DNA of 64,000 nucleotides from Lama glama (Eukaryota), in NCBI GenBank assembly GCA_028534125.1, contig CM052817.1:34288001-34352000 (forward strand), read 5' to 3'. The translations under genes and the position numbers were made by a program. The notes under the pieces were generated by a model, which saw nothing but the letters and a program-made list of their open reading frames with translations, did no database searches and was not told the DNA's origin. Below, in pieces: positions 12,516 to 27,517 of this stretch. Within the stretch, counting starts at the first letter, position 1; every line of letters begins with the position of its first letter.

Positions 12516-14319
12516 TTAGGACTAGCTCGCATAGCTGATCTCTTCTACATCTGTTGTGACCTCATGCTTTAAAAAAATAAAAAAACCCACACCAGAAAAC
12601 CAACTGGTTAACAAGCGCTAGGTTAACATCTTTTATCAACACTTCAGGAAAAAAATCTGTGAGTTTCATTGAGACACACATCTGTTTATTCCATAAACAG
12701 CCCAAGACTCTGGAATTAAATAATTAAGTTATAGCCTGATGATGGAGTCATAAATAGACTTCTCTTGGACACAATTAAGAATGTGTTTCTGGTCACATCC
12801 ACACGTCCCTTTTGCCTGGCGCCATATACGGTTAAAACGTGTTATCCTAAGGAGGCCCCAGAGTGCAATTTATTTTGAATGAATGCATGGAAATCAGAAG
12901 CAAGGGGCTTCTCTTGGTTTGGTGCCCTTTGTCGGTTTCTCCGTTCCATATGTAACTGAAGCTGGACCAGCTCTGAGAAACAGTTCCCAGGGGGTGCTCA
13001 TCCTCTCTTTTCAAAGTGCTGGATTGTCAGAGATGTCGATTAAAGCACGTCCAGCCTCTCACCTGTCAAGTGGATTCTCTGGTGCACTACAAAGGGAAAC
13101 CAAATTCTCCATGGCTTTCCTTCTATTCTTGCCTGTTCCTCAGTTTCTCTCTTCTCTGTATCCCTTAACTTCTTCTTCTTATTATTTTTTTATTTTTGTA
13201 TCCCTTAATTTCATCTGACTTCCTGCACCTGAAAGATTTATGAGAGCACAGGAGTCTAGGGGAACGTTTAGAAATGGTGAGAACTCAAGTCAGTGCAGGA
13301 GTGCTGAGAGAGCCAGGCATAGCAGATCCCCCGCCCCCCACTGCGCGTCTGTATAGCACTGCCCTCTGAATGAGGCACGTTCAAAAGCACACTGTCTGGC
13401 ATGACTGAGCAAGACAGGAGCTTCCCCAAAGCACAGTCCTTTCTACTTTGCCCCCAACCAAAGAGCTTCCTTTTTCAAGCCAGCAACCAGGTGCTACTCA
13501 AGAAATCAGCTGGTAAATAAGTTCATTTGTACCATTTTTTAAAGATTCTGCATATAAGTGACCTCATATGAGACTGGTGCCCTGAAATAAAAGCTGCACT
13601 TCCTTCAACGACAGAAAAAGAAAAGAAAAGAGAAAAAAGAAATCAGATAGTAGATACAAGGGAAGTTACAGGATTGCCCCCCACCCCACCCCCTATTCCC
13701 TTTCCCATCAAAGGAACCCTTCCTAAATGGGAGACTCTGGCCCTAAAAAGTAATATTAATAAAATAAAATTAGAATCTTCAAGAAGGGCCTTTCTCTTTG
13801 GGAAAATCTGATAAGATCCCACGTCTCTCCCTTCCTTTTGGGAGAGAGAAGACAAGAGCTCCCAGGCAGAAAAACCTGAGATCCTGAGACTCTGGAAGTT
13901 GTGAAAAGCTTTAAACCTCAGAAAAAGAAATGGGTAGGGATTCAACTCATTTAGAAAAGAAACCAGAACTTTAAGTCTTTCTTCCCACAGCAGGCTGCAG
14001 CAAATGCCTTCTGTCAACTGACAATTTCTCCTGAAACTTAATTTCAATTTTGTCTAGTTTGATGTCAAACCATCCATTTTACTCTTTCCAGGGGGCGACC
14101 TGCTCCCTCCACGGTGTTTACAACCTTCGGAATGTTTGTAACTTGTCACGTACTCACCTCAGCCTTTGTTTGGCCCACTTTTCTAATTTTAGCCCTTTTA
14201 ATCGCTCTCATCTAAAGCCTGTCCTTCCTGGTTTCTAATTATACGACTAACAAATACTTTTTGATGGATGGAGATGAATGTAAAACAAATTAAAAGGAGA
14301 CTCTCCTGTGCCAAGATAT

Positions 14320-14670
14320 CTGCAAGGCTCCGTCCCTCACCTCTTCCAGGTCATTACTCAGATGTCACATTCCCCTAAAGCCTTCCATGTCCACTTTGTT
14401 TAAAATTGACGTACACAAACACAAAGACATACGAACATACAAACATACCACTCCTGTCTACTCTGTAACTCTTCCCTGCTTATTTTCCTCCACAGCGCTC
14501 ACTCCCATCTACCCCACCAGGCATTTCACTTGCTCTATTGTTTGTTCCACCCACTAGGATGTCAACTCCATGAAGGTGGAGAGTTTTGCCTACTTGTTCA
14601 CACAGTATCCTTAGTGCTGAGAACACCGCCTGCCCTTGGGAGATGCTCAGTAAGTATTCATCACATGAAT
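14320..14670 (+). mobile_element. LINE-2 3' end
   Basis: ccactaggatgtcaactccatgaagg...ttgttcac...agatgctcagtaagtatt...tgaat. Confidence 0.7.
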
Positions 14671-14804
14671 TAATTTCATGACATTCTAATACCCTCTTAT
14701 TTAGCAGAAATGGGGCCTCCTCAGTAGCGCTCTTTTAATAGTCCCAGGAGTGGTGAATGAATTGCAGTCCCAAGCAAACGTCGATGGCTAGCCCTGGACA
14801 TCTA

Positions 14805-14996
<192 letters not shown>

Positions 14997-16857
14997 CTAA
15001 GTGTGATAGAGTAATCTTCATTTTAAAAATTGGGAGTCAAATTTCAGGAAGTAGAAGCACCTGGAAAATGTTTCTATCTCCTGTAAATATGCTGAATCCT
15101 GGTATATCCTTAGCCTTCATCAGACCCCTTAGCAAAAATACTGGTTTTTCCATTTTTGCCAAATTGGATGAAAAAATCCAGGAGGCAAAATGGAGGCAAA
15201 ATTGTCACAGACAACAGGGATGTAAAAGAAGGCTTTTCCAAATTTGCTTTTGTAAACTGTTTTGGCTTTTTTTTCATGTATCCAGAGGGATAAACAATAG
15301 TTTCATATCAAGAACTCTAAAAATAAGACAACAATATTCAGGGTCATTGAACCTTTTCTCTCCAGGCTTTGTCCTGGAACAAAGGCGAAAGGTCAAACCA
15401 TAATCTACAACAGATTAACTAAAAATACCAGAAATATGTTTACTTCTCTCACTTTCAAGCTGAGAAAGTGCTGTAAGCACAGTAAATCTGTCCCGTAAGG
15501 ATGCTCTTTCTCCTTCAAGGATATGAATGAGATGACAGGAACACAGAGCGAGAGATGAATTTACGTAAATTCGTGGTATTGACTTCCATGCAATTGGTAC
15601 AAATAAACACTAAGACATTAATGGGTGTTTCAGATAAGATAAGACATGGCTTCATTCCTGGAGACAAATACCAGAGTAAATGAAACCTCAGTTGTAAAAT
15701 ATCCTTGTATGTATTAAAAAAGTTTATGAACCTTTTTTTCAGTTATTTTCTATGATTAGGGTGGAGGGCTCACGTGAATAACGAATGAAACCCCTTTATT
15801 TTCCAGATGAAGAAATGGAGGCAAAATCCCAGGCCAACACCCCCGCTACTCCAGTTGACTCCCTCAGTCCCTTGGGTTTCCAGCTCAATGACTGCCATTT
15901 TGTGAGAGAGCAGATGGGGCAGAGCTGGCTCCACTCAGTGTGCGCCCAGTTACGTGAGGTCTGCACAACCTCCCCACGCTTCTTCAGACCAAGTTCCAGC
16001 CTCACACTGCCTGCTCGGCTTCTATGGGGGAGAAGTCAAATTTTAAGTTCTCTCTGTGGCCTTGTGTCAAAGGAAACCGAAGCGGATTTCTTCCACTATT
16101 TCATGGTTTTTCTTCTTCCGAGCTCACACCTCAAGAAGGGCCAGGTGTCAGGAATCCCCACCGCTCCCTCCATGGCACTGTCACTGCTCCCTCTGCGGGA
16201 AGTAGATACGCAGTGTATCCTGAAGCTGGAAGAGGTCCTGAAAGTCAGGCTGCGAACACAGCTCCCCTCATAAGCAGCACTGAAGTATCAGGGGAAGCAT
16301 AACGGGCTAAGGAAAAGTGGATTTACCAAGACTCCTCTGAAGAAGTGTGGAAGACTTAATGAGCCACGCGGGGAGGGGCAGAAACAAAAGATGCCTGCGC
16401 TGCCTGGGAGACGGCTGGGTGTGACTACGTGGATGGCTTCTATTGTGCTGGTGAAGCAGGCAGTGTGGGGCTGAACTTCCGTGGGCGACGGGGAGGCTGG
16501 CAACCACCAGTGAGCCTCCTTTGCCCGTCTGGAAGATGGCACTGAGCCTCTCTTGCTGATAAGTGCTGACCCAAAACTTGAAGAGCATTGGTTTGACAAT
16601 GCCAACTGCTTAGCTCTCCTGAGGGACAGAAATTTCTCAGGCTGCCCGTGCTCTGCCTCTCAACCTGCCTGCTGCTTCTGTCGGCCTTCCACCCTACAGC
16701 TCTGGGGAGGCTGAATGGAGGATTCTAGAAATTCAGGCCTCTTTTAAATATTAGGTAGTATTGGACTTTTCTATGACAAAATTCCTCATAACACCCTGTC
16801 ACCCTGTCTGTTCCCACAAGAGCACGCGCTAGGTGTGGAAGAAGCAGTGGCAGGTAC

Positions 16858-17011
16858 CTTCTTCTTCCTCCACATCACTGAGGGACTTCTCCTCAACAAA
16901 TCCGGAGCTGGCTGAGCTCTGGCTACTGGTGATGCTGTCCAGGCGGCGTTTAGGGTCCATGGTGATTTCCCCAACGTACTCTTTCCCTTGCCGGAACCGT
17001 GCCCCTTTACT
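16858..17011 (-). CDS. KDR: KDR exon 21, 154 nt (kinase insert, Y951)
   Basis: [51 protein letters not shown]; donor GTACCT. Confidence 0.97.
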
Positions 17012-17544
17012 CTAAAACGAAGCAAATGAGCAAACTCCTTGAATATCAGAAAAATCTCTAAAATGTAGTAAACTATACAAACAATTATAACTATTAAAAG
17101 AAGACAAGTGGGACATAAAGTTCAAGACCATGGAACCTCTGGGCTGAAATTTTGGTAAGTGTTCTACGTAGTAGATTTTCTTCCCTAAAGCCTGGTTCCT
17201 TTTTAGCTTGAAGAGCTAAGGGCCTTGTTTCAAGTTTCACTCAGACACACTTCCAACATTAGGCCGCTTTTGAGAGAGGGATTAACACTCCATAGGGCCA
17301 AATATGGCCAGGGTAGAGACAGAACAACCCAGAGCTGCCCTTCCCCTGTCATTCCTGTCCCTTAATCACACCCACCTTCCCCCTCCTTAGGCATCATCCA
17401 CAACGGGTCAGGAGATTAGAGTCACAAAGATAACACATGAGAAGTACATGTCCTCCAGAAGGTAAAAGAGGATGTGACAACAGCCAAGAGGTGATGTGAA
17501 AAGATTCCTCACAAGTTCTTCACAGAATTTTAATGAAAAAATTA

Positions 17545-17742
<198 letters not shown>

Positions 17743-18283
17743 TCACTCATGTTTCTCATCAAGTGCTTAATACATCAATGAGCCAGAAAATAATCATAGA
17801 AGAGGCTACAACCTTTCCCTGGAAATAGGATCAGAGAAATCAGCTGGTTGCAATTCCCTTTCTGTTGTAGCTTTTCTTTTTCCAAAAGGTGATTCCACAA
17901 CAAGATTAACCAACATTTCAGAAGAAAATCCACCCACTTGCTTTTCAACACAATCCCCTAAGATGACTCCATTTTAGAGTGAACTACTCTTCAAGTCTTT
18001 TGCTTTCAAATTTAAGGGGAAGTTCTCTTTTCTCATCTGAACACCTATTCCAAAAGTAGACAACTGTATTATAGTGATGTAGCGTTTTTTTTAATTCACA
18101 GGAAGTTCTAGAATAATTTACAGCACCCCTTAAACCTCCATGAAATATGCTTATATCCAGGAATCTGCCAAAGTATCCTAAGTGAAGGGAATGAAGACCA
18201 TGGGGGTTGGGTGGTTTCCCTCAAAAACCAACAGAGAAGTGGACGCCAAAACCAGGCAACCAGAACCATCCACAGACACTCAC

Positions 18284-18397
18284 CCCCTGGCTTAGTACAG
18301 GCGCCGAGAAGGTTGACCACATTGAGGTGGTGGCCAATGTGAATGAGGATCTTGAGTTCCGACATGAGGGCTCGATGTTCGCTGTGTGTTGCTCCTT
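18284..18397 (-). CDS. KDR: KDR exon 19, 114 nt
   Basis: [38 protein letters not shown]; donor GTGAGT. Confidence 0.98.
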
Positions 18398-19299
18398 CTA
18401 CAAATACAGAACAAAGAGGGAAATCACACGCGTGGGCTTGAGCTTAGCAGGATGATGCCCCACTGCCTGCATCTCTGCAACTTCCCCTCCAGAGGTAATA
18501 CCACTGTAACCCAGTTTACAGACTAGGTACATTAAAATGCAAATATAAATTATACTTTCTAATTCTAAATCAGATTCTTACTCTACGTGCCCCCAGAATG
18601 TCTGCTACTTGAAGGAAGCCATCATGAGGTCTTTTACAAAGTGGAGAACACATCTGCAGATGAAATCATGCCCAGATTTTCTTTTACAAAACCGGATTTT
18701 CACATACCAGGTTGACTGTGCTTCTTAGCTCCTGATTATTTCAGTGCTTCCTCATAAGCATGTATTAAATTCCCTCACATGTTAGGGGCTCTGCTGAAGT
18801 TCCCACCAATCTGGGCTGAGCAGGAAACTTAACAAGGGCTTTGCCAGCTGGCACATGAGGCTCATGAGGCTGAGTGTGAGTTTGATCCTACACAGAGTGG
18901 TACACTTCCCTCTAATTCACAGACATGGTCCACACCCCAGGCTTTGATGAGCCACCTCAAAATTACATACCCCCCTCAGCCACAAGGGAGAGGAAGCAAA
19001 AGGAGAGAGATGGCTTCAAAAGGCACATGACTCCTGGCAAAGGGTCAGTAGCACTGTGTCCACCAATGAAAGCACGTCACAATTCTAGCAAAGAGCTTTA
19101 TACGCATCACCTCCCCAGAGTAAAATGGCAAGACCAGAATTCCATTACTGTTAGGTTTAACAGTTGTTTATGCAACTTTTAAATTCAAAATGTCACCCAT
19201 AATCTTTTTTTTTCCCAGCACAACCATTCTTAGTTTGCATATTATCTTTTATATGTGACCCTCTTTTACATGTTCCAATTCTAGGGAACATGCTGGTTT

Positions 19300-19320
19300 T
19301 TGTGTGTGTGTGTGTGTGTG
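19300..19320. repeat. (TG)n microsatellite, intron 18
   Basis: Direct inspection. Confidence 0.9.
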
Positions 19321-19725
19321 CTACTATTTTTATTTATTATATCAAATTTATTTTTCTGTTTCCTGATGGTCTATAATTATCCTACTAATGTACCATAGTA
19401 TGCTAAGAAACAATTTTGATGAAATCAAGGTATTTTTTTTGCCTATAGCCAGGCCACTAAATACAGTTGTTCAATCTGTGTCTTGCACAAGGGATCCCAG
19501 GCAAGGTGGGGCAGTAGAGGAGCTGAAATCCATTCTCAACTTTGCTTGCCAGGCTGTGGACCCTGGCATGAGGCTATAAAAGAGGAATTTTTTATCCAGT
19601 TTGCACAACAGCAACATACAATGTGGCTGCATGCTTGGCTAGTGGGCCCACCTAGCCACAGAGCCACTGACATAAATCTTTCATTATGTTTAGAGATGGG
19701 GTGAAACAGATAGAGGGATATATCA

Positions 19726-19890
<165 letters not shown>

Positions 19891-20151
19891 CTATTTCACC
19901 ACCAAGGTGACAGGCAGAGATTCCAGCTTGACAAGGTGACATACATCCCAGTTTAACATGGACGGTCCAGCTGACACCCTTGTCCCGGCTGAATGATTTA
20001 ATACCTCCCTCTTCACTCTCCAAAATGGGTGATTATACAGGGCTCCTACTTCTAAGTGACTAACTGGATAATCACTCAAAATCAAGAGATGGAATGAATA
20101 TTTCTGAATCGGAATCTGACATTTAAATAGACTAGATTTGTCACCATCCTA

Positions 20152-20421
<270 letters not shown>

Positions 20422-20775
20422 TTATAGAAGCCCCATTCTTAATGTCTCATTTTCTAAACGGCTCATGGAGGCTGAGAGTAGTCCTATTATCATCCCGCTT
20501 CCAGTGTCCCCTCAACCCCTAAATGAGCTCAGAATTAAATTCTTAAATCCTAATTACACTAGACAGTCCAAGCCCATTTCTTCTCTAGTTGCTTCTATCA
20601 ATTAAAGCCCAGTGGTCCAGGCAAAAGAAAGTGGGCAAGAATGTTATTGTATAGAAATAAAATTGTGCCTATTGAGCCAACAACAATGGGAAGAACCAAC
20701 CCAAAGAACCCTAGTCAGCTTTCATTAATCATGAAAGCCAACGTGCATGGGACAGAAGGGAAACTATTTTGTTAC

Positions 20776-20882
20776 CCGCTTAACGGTCCGTAGAATGATG
20801 ACAAGAAGTAGCCAGAAGAACATGGCAAGCACTGCAGTGCCCACTAGAATAATGACTTCCAAGTTTGTCTTTTCCTGGGCAC
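20776..20882 (-). CDS. KDR: KDR exon 16, 107 nt (transmembrane)
   Basis: [40 protein letters not shown]. Confidence 0.98.
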
Positions 20883-21359
20883 CTGGGAAGACAATTGAAT
20901 GGGCGTCAACAATGGAAATTTATACCCTTTGATACAGAATGACAAAGTTCAACACTAATGCAAGATCTCAATGTTACCAACTGGGGAAAATCCTAGACAG
21001 TCAGAGTTACACACCTCTAACTTGGATGGAGTTTACAGTATTCTTAATGGATAATTTAAGGTTTGCAAGACATTGCTCATGAAAACTTCCAACAATATAA
21101 TTCTAAAGTAATTAAGGAGAGAAATATTCATGTCTTAAAAGACAAACAGAAAGTGTTTGGGAGAAGAGCACACTTTGACAGAAAGAAAACAGATCACGTT
21201 CTATAAAGAAGAAAAGTATTCTATTTGGGGTAAATAAATGTCTGATTTTACACTGACAGTCTATGTTTTGATTTGTATGGAGTTTGAGGGAAGGATTGTT
21301 TAAGACAACAAGTAGGGAAATAAATGTAGTACTTTGGCCAGAAAGCAATGGGTGACCAG

Positions 21360-21555
21360 GCACTCACTAGGTGCTCATTACTTCAAATATGTCACATTTA
21401 GATACATCACTTTGTTTTCTCAACAACCCTCATTTTTCAGGTGGAGAAGCAAGCTCAGAGAGGTTAAGCTACTTCATCAAGGGCACACAGCAAGGTGGTG
21501 GAATGGTCAAGAGTTAAACAAGGTCTGTCCAACACCAGGTAACATTACACTGCAC
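21360..21555 (-). mobile_element. MIR fragment
   Basis: cattttcaggtggagaagcaagctcagagaggttaagctactt...gggcacacagc. Confidence 0.55.
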
Positions 21556-23125
21556 TGTCCTCACGTGGCAGGAACCTCGGGGAGGAAAGAGAGCTGACGT
21601 GAGTATATCCCACGTGCCCTGGCAGTATGAGTTTAAAACCACTCAAGCTGCAGATGCTCAGGACCCCAGAGGACAGCTCTAAGTGGGAAAAATTAAGTCC
21701 AGAGGAGGCTTTCGACTAAGAGTGATTAGCAGAGCAGTGATAAAGAAGCAATGACCACTTACGGCCTCCCATCGGATGAGGGCGGTGTGAATCAAACCGG
21801 GGCCACAAGCTGTGAGAGTGGCCCAGGCGGCCTCAAGAAGGCAGGAAGACAAGTAATTAGTTAGCAAAATAAGAGTGAACAGTTGAGAGACGAGCACCCA
21901 GTTTGCTTGGAAGTAGATTTCATTTCTCGGGGGTGTAACTGAAGTAATTCTCTATTTATACATAGAGATTTAAAAGTCCGTTTGTGCACAGCAAAAAGTT
22001 CAAAGATTCGACTGTCTATATAAGTTGGTGCATTAATGTTCCCATATTAACATTTGGGAACCTAGCAGCAGCATTAAATATTTACCTTTTACTTTCTTAG
22101 TATTCTCTTCTGGTGAGAAGTAAATACAACGTCAGTGCCAAGGTTACCTAGTTAAGCCTCGGTCACCAGCTGCAGACAGCTAACGGAGCTGAGGCAGGGC
22201 ACAGCGGGGAGCTGGAAGTCTCCCTCCGGATTTGCTCTAAAGCATGAAGCACTTTGAAAGTGGCAAAACCACCATGTCACTTGAAATCTTTATTTACTTC
22301 ATGCACTTGAAATCTTTATTTGCAAGTGCAGCTGATGAAATGGAATTTGAAAAGAAGTCAAGGTATCGAGATGCAGTACTTGGAAACATAGATTTGACAG
22401 ATTAAAGGGACTGAAATCTAGACTTTGAGAGACAAATTAGGATGAGTTCATAGAAATCCATCAGTTCCTCCATCCATCACCACCCCTCTCACTCCCCCCC
22501 TGCATACCATTCCTTCACCCACACAATACTGTTTTCACTGTGCCTCTGGTAGGTTAGTTTAAAAAAAGACATAGGAATATACTTTTGAAGATAAAATGTT
22601 CTGTCACAAATTACCTTTCCCATCTGAGACTATGTCAGGAATCTCACATCATTCTTGCATACACATTTAGATAAGAACCTCAAATTTTTCATTTTCAGAG
22701 ACGCAATGGTCTATTGTTCACAAATGAATTTTAATTATCTTTAGTCCAACAAAAACTATGAACCCTTGTGACTCTCTGGATAGCACTTATTTTCATGACT
22801 AGGCAGTAATTCTACCTAATAGATATAGAGGCATAATTTCCATAACAAGTTAATTGAGCCATTCAAATGGAGAACGAATCACTGAAAGGAGGGCATTCCA
22901 TCTGCCTGGCTGAGAATTTTCCACATTGAGAACTGCAGGGATAGAAATGTGATGCAAGCAGAATTCAAATAACATTAATCATGCTTTCTGGTTAAAATAA
23001 TACATACTTAGACCAGGAAATTTACAAAGTACAAAGAATATTAAAAACTGCCCATTTGGCTATGGTCCTGGCCAGCGTATATGAGTGTATATAACATACA
23101 TGCGAATTTTTTTAAAACCACTTTA

Positions 23126-23347
<222 letters not shown>

Positions 23348-23550
23348 TTAAAAATATAAATGGTGTCCTTTATCTTGGGCTATTATCTAAATCCAAAGGG
23401 TCACAGAGGATCAGCTGCTGACTTTGCACCCCTGGCTTCCATGAGAATTCAACAAGGCTTTGAACATTTGGATTCCCACCAAGTGAACCAGACCACGGAC
23501 ACTACGATGGCTTTTTTTCCCTACCTAAAACAAATTGAGGAATAATATGG

Positions 23551-23908
23551 CTTTTATACTGTATAATATAACTTATATGTGGAATCTAAAAAGTACAACA
23601 GACTAGTGAAAATAACAAAAAAGAAACAGACTCACAGATACAGAGAACAGACTAGTGGGGACCAATGTGGGGAGGGGAGAGGGGGGGACAAGACAGGGGT
23701 AGGGGATTAAGAGGTACAAAGTACTATGTATAAAATAAATAAGCCACAAGGATGTATTGTACAGCACAGGAACTATAGTTAATATTTTACAATAATTACA
23801 AATAGAATATAATCTTTAAAAATTGTGAATCACTATGTCATACACCTGAAACTTAAATAATATTGTACATTAACTATACCTCAATAAAAATAAACAACTT
23901 TTAAAAGA
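23551..23908 (+). mobile_element. 5'-truncated LINE-1 3'UTR insertion in intron 14 with TSD
   Basis: acttatatgtggaatctaaaa...cagactcacagatacagagaac...ctatacctcaataaaaa; TSD AATAATATGG at 23541-50 and 23909-18. Confidence 0.85.
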
Positions 23909-23924
23909 AATAATATGGATATTA

Positions 23925-24164
<240 letters not shown>

Positions 24165-26179
24165 TCATAGAACATTTAGCTATAACTTTTGAAGTGCTTT
24201 TAGTGTCAGTAAACTATTAGACCATTTACTAAACTGTTGATTTACTAAGCTGAAAACATGCAGAGGTTGGTCACTGTGATCAACCTGGTCACTAAAGTTA
24301 AGTGAAACAAGTCAGTTCAGACAGATCACTGCCTCTCTTTGAACGTTCATACTAGTGACCTGAGCTGGTAATCACACCACAAAATAAAAGTTGTCATATG
24401 GGCTTCCTGCCCATGAAACAAATAAATAAATAAATCCTAGCCAATGACACCCAAAAATTCTGCCATGTTTCTCTCAGAATGCAAAAACCTCAATGTAATT
24501 CAACAAAAAAAAGGCTTTATATTTATTTGGTACTTTAAAAAAAACTCATACTATTTCCATTGCTCACCATCAGTCCTATGGTAGGTAGAATTAGCCTGAT
24601 TTTGCAGATGAAGGAGGGTTAAACAACTTGTCCAAGTGCCTCTAAGTAAACAGATGAACTCATAATAGATTTACATGAGCCTAAAAGACTAGTCCAGTAC
24701 TATTTCCTCTAAATAAAACAACGACACTTGAAGGAAAGTCAAAGATTTAAAGAAAACAAAGCCCATGGGTCCTTGTTTAGATATACAGGACAGCTTTAGA
24801 TTTACCCCTTTCCTACAAATCATCAAAGTGCTGTAGAAATATCTTGTCCTAACATCAAAAGGAATCTTGCAGAAGAAATCAACGTCAACATTTAGCAAAA
24901 TGAGAATACCTCGACAGTGAACTACACTGGGGTTTAAGCAAATGGACTCTAGTTTATTTCTAAGAATAATTTTTGGAAAACAACTTGAGAGTCCTTAGGA
25001 AAGCAAACTAGCTCATCGTGAGCACATATTTCCTGGGCATGGCAAGCCCGGAGCCTCTTTCACATCTCTGTTGGAATTTTTTCATTAGCTTGAAACCAGA
25101 CCGGTCACCAAGGTGAACAGAAAAACCATGGTCATATATATGTGGTGTGATCTGAAGAGCTCTGGGATGACTTCACCCCAAAACATCTCTTCTTCTGCCA
25201 CCTGAGTCTTAACTCTAGCAAAATCCATCCTAGTGGCTGTCGGAAGATACCTCTTAAAATATGCCAAAGCTTCTGAAGATATTATTCCACTAAAACTTTA
25301 GTATAAATTAGTTTATCTGGGCAGTTCCCTTTCTTCACAGTGCAAAACCAGAACATAAGCATCCCAGAAACTGGGTAAGAAAACGAAGGAGAGGAAAAAA
25401 TAGAAGGAGATGGCAAAAAGAGAAACTCCCCAAATTTGCCTAATTTTCTCAGAGACAGAGCCATGGCTGCACAGATTTTGTGCAAGGAGCAAGGTTAGAT
25501 GAGGTGTAGAGGGTGGCTTGATGTGGAATTTACAAAGCTCTCTGCTGATTAAAATGATCATCTCATTGACCCTGAGCTGTACGGCAGAGGTACAGGCAAT
25601 GAGGGTGGCACCCCTCCCAGGGGCTCTCAGAGGTGGTAAGCGACACCATCACCACACTCTTCCAGCAGCAAATGTCTTATCATGCACCTAATCTGTACCA
25701 CTGTGTCTGGAGCCGACCAAGAAGTAAAACAGAAAACAACCCCTGTCCTCAAGAACACAGAGACCACACGGTACTGCGACAGGCTGGTGGTGGTCTGTGT
25801 TCTCACCCTCCCCACCTACTCCCCACTGTGAAGTTCCGGCACCCTCCTAGCTCATGGTGGGCATTCCACAAATATGTATCTATTGAAATAAATGGATGCC
25901 CGAGAATAGGGCAGAACTTGCCCTGGTTCAGGGTAATCCCTTGCAGAAAATAGTGAGTTACTCCACCATCAGGGTTGGATAGAACCGTGTTGTTTTCTTT
26001 TTAATACATCACTTCATCATGATGAGCCTCCTCGTGCCTCGAGGACTTTCAGTGAGTAAGATAAGTGTTCACGAGTCTACTTCATAAGCTCCTAGCGGAC
26101 AGTCTTTACACAGCCCCCAGAAAGCACTACCTTTAAGGATTTCCAACCATCTCCGGGTGGTCCAGAGTTACCTCCTTAC

Positions 26180-26521
26180 CTAGGACTGTGAGCTGCCTGG
26201 CGACACAATGTCTTTTCTTGGTCTTCCTGTCCTGAGCAAAGCAGACGTAGTCTCCCTGATCTTGCAAGGATGCATTCTGGAGCTCCACGATCAAAATGTC
26301 ATTGGTGCTATTAGAGAACATGGTGGCATTCATTTTCCAAAGAACATCCAAGTTCTTGCAGATAGGTGTGGGCAACTCTCCTGTGCGGACTGGTAGAGCC
26401 GGAGGGCCAAGCTTGTACCACGTGAGGTTCTCAAACATAGTTCTGTCCGCTGAGCACTGCAGAGACACGCTCTCCTGCTCAGTTGGCTGGGTGCTGGGTT
26501 GCAAGGTGATTTCAGGACCCT
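26180..26521 (-). CDS. KDR: KDR exon 13, 342 nt (Ig6)
   Basis: [22 protein letters not shown]...[27 protein letters not shown]; donor GTAAGG. Confidence 0.98.
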
Positions 26522-27310
26522 CTGAAAGGTAAACCCCCTGTTAGAAGCTAGTGACTTAACTTGGGCAGCATGCTATTATTTTCTTGTTGCCTTCAGCCTG
26601 TGATAAAGCCCCACGAGAAGTGAAGCTCCAGCAATCCCAGACAATGTAATATAAGAAGACAGCCAACTGGACAGTTCGGTTTCAAAATGTACTATTTGAT
26701 GAAACTATATTATTTGGAAATGTAAATTAATTCCTCAGATATTTATCAAATCTTCACTTTGAGCTCGAAACATGGTTTATAAGATTTTATTGAAATCCAA
26801 CAAAATTCAAAGCAGATAATTATAACATGGAATATCAAAAATTAATTCTTCATGAATACCTAACACTCACTGAGAGGAAAGCTATATTTATTACAGTGAA
26901 TTAGCCTAGACTGCAATATTTTATCCTGTCCAGTCAGCTAAAGCTTAGCCATGAAATGAAAGATGAACAGAGAAAATCGGCAGCCTTGGGAGGGCACCGC
27001 TCCAATGTCATTACAACTGCTTCCAAGACACTCACTCGTCAAGTGTCCAGCAGCAAGCACATAAATATTGGCTGAACCTCAATAAGCCAAGCACTGTGCT
27101 AGCCTCTGATGATGGAGACAAAAATGTGACATGGGACTTGAGGTTCAGAAGCAGATGTGAAACCATATTCTCTCTCCTGGGCAGTCAGATGGACTGACTT
27201 CACGTTGAGCTGAGGAGTTCTCATTCATGAACAAAAGCATCGATTATCCATCCAAGTCCCCTTCCTAAAGTCGTGCCGCTCATGGAAATGGCCAGCACGA
27301 CAGAGTATCA

Positions 27311-27517
<207 letters not shown>

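Noticed and set aside
15785..16273. 162-aa + strand ORF in intron 21
   Set aside because: Starts in a MIR-like fragment; no recognisable protein features
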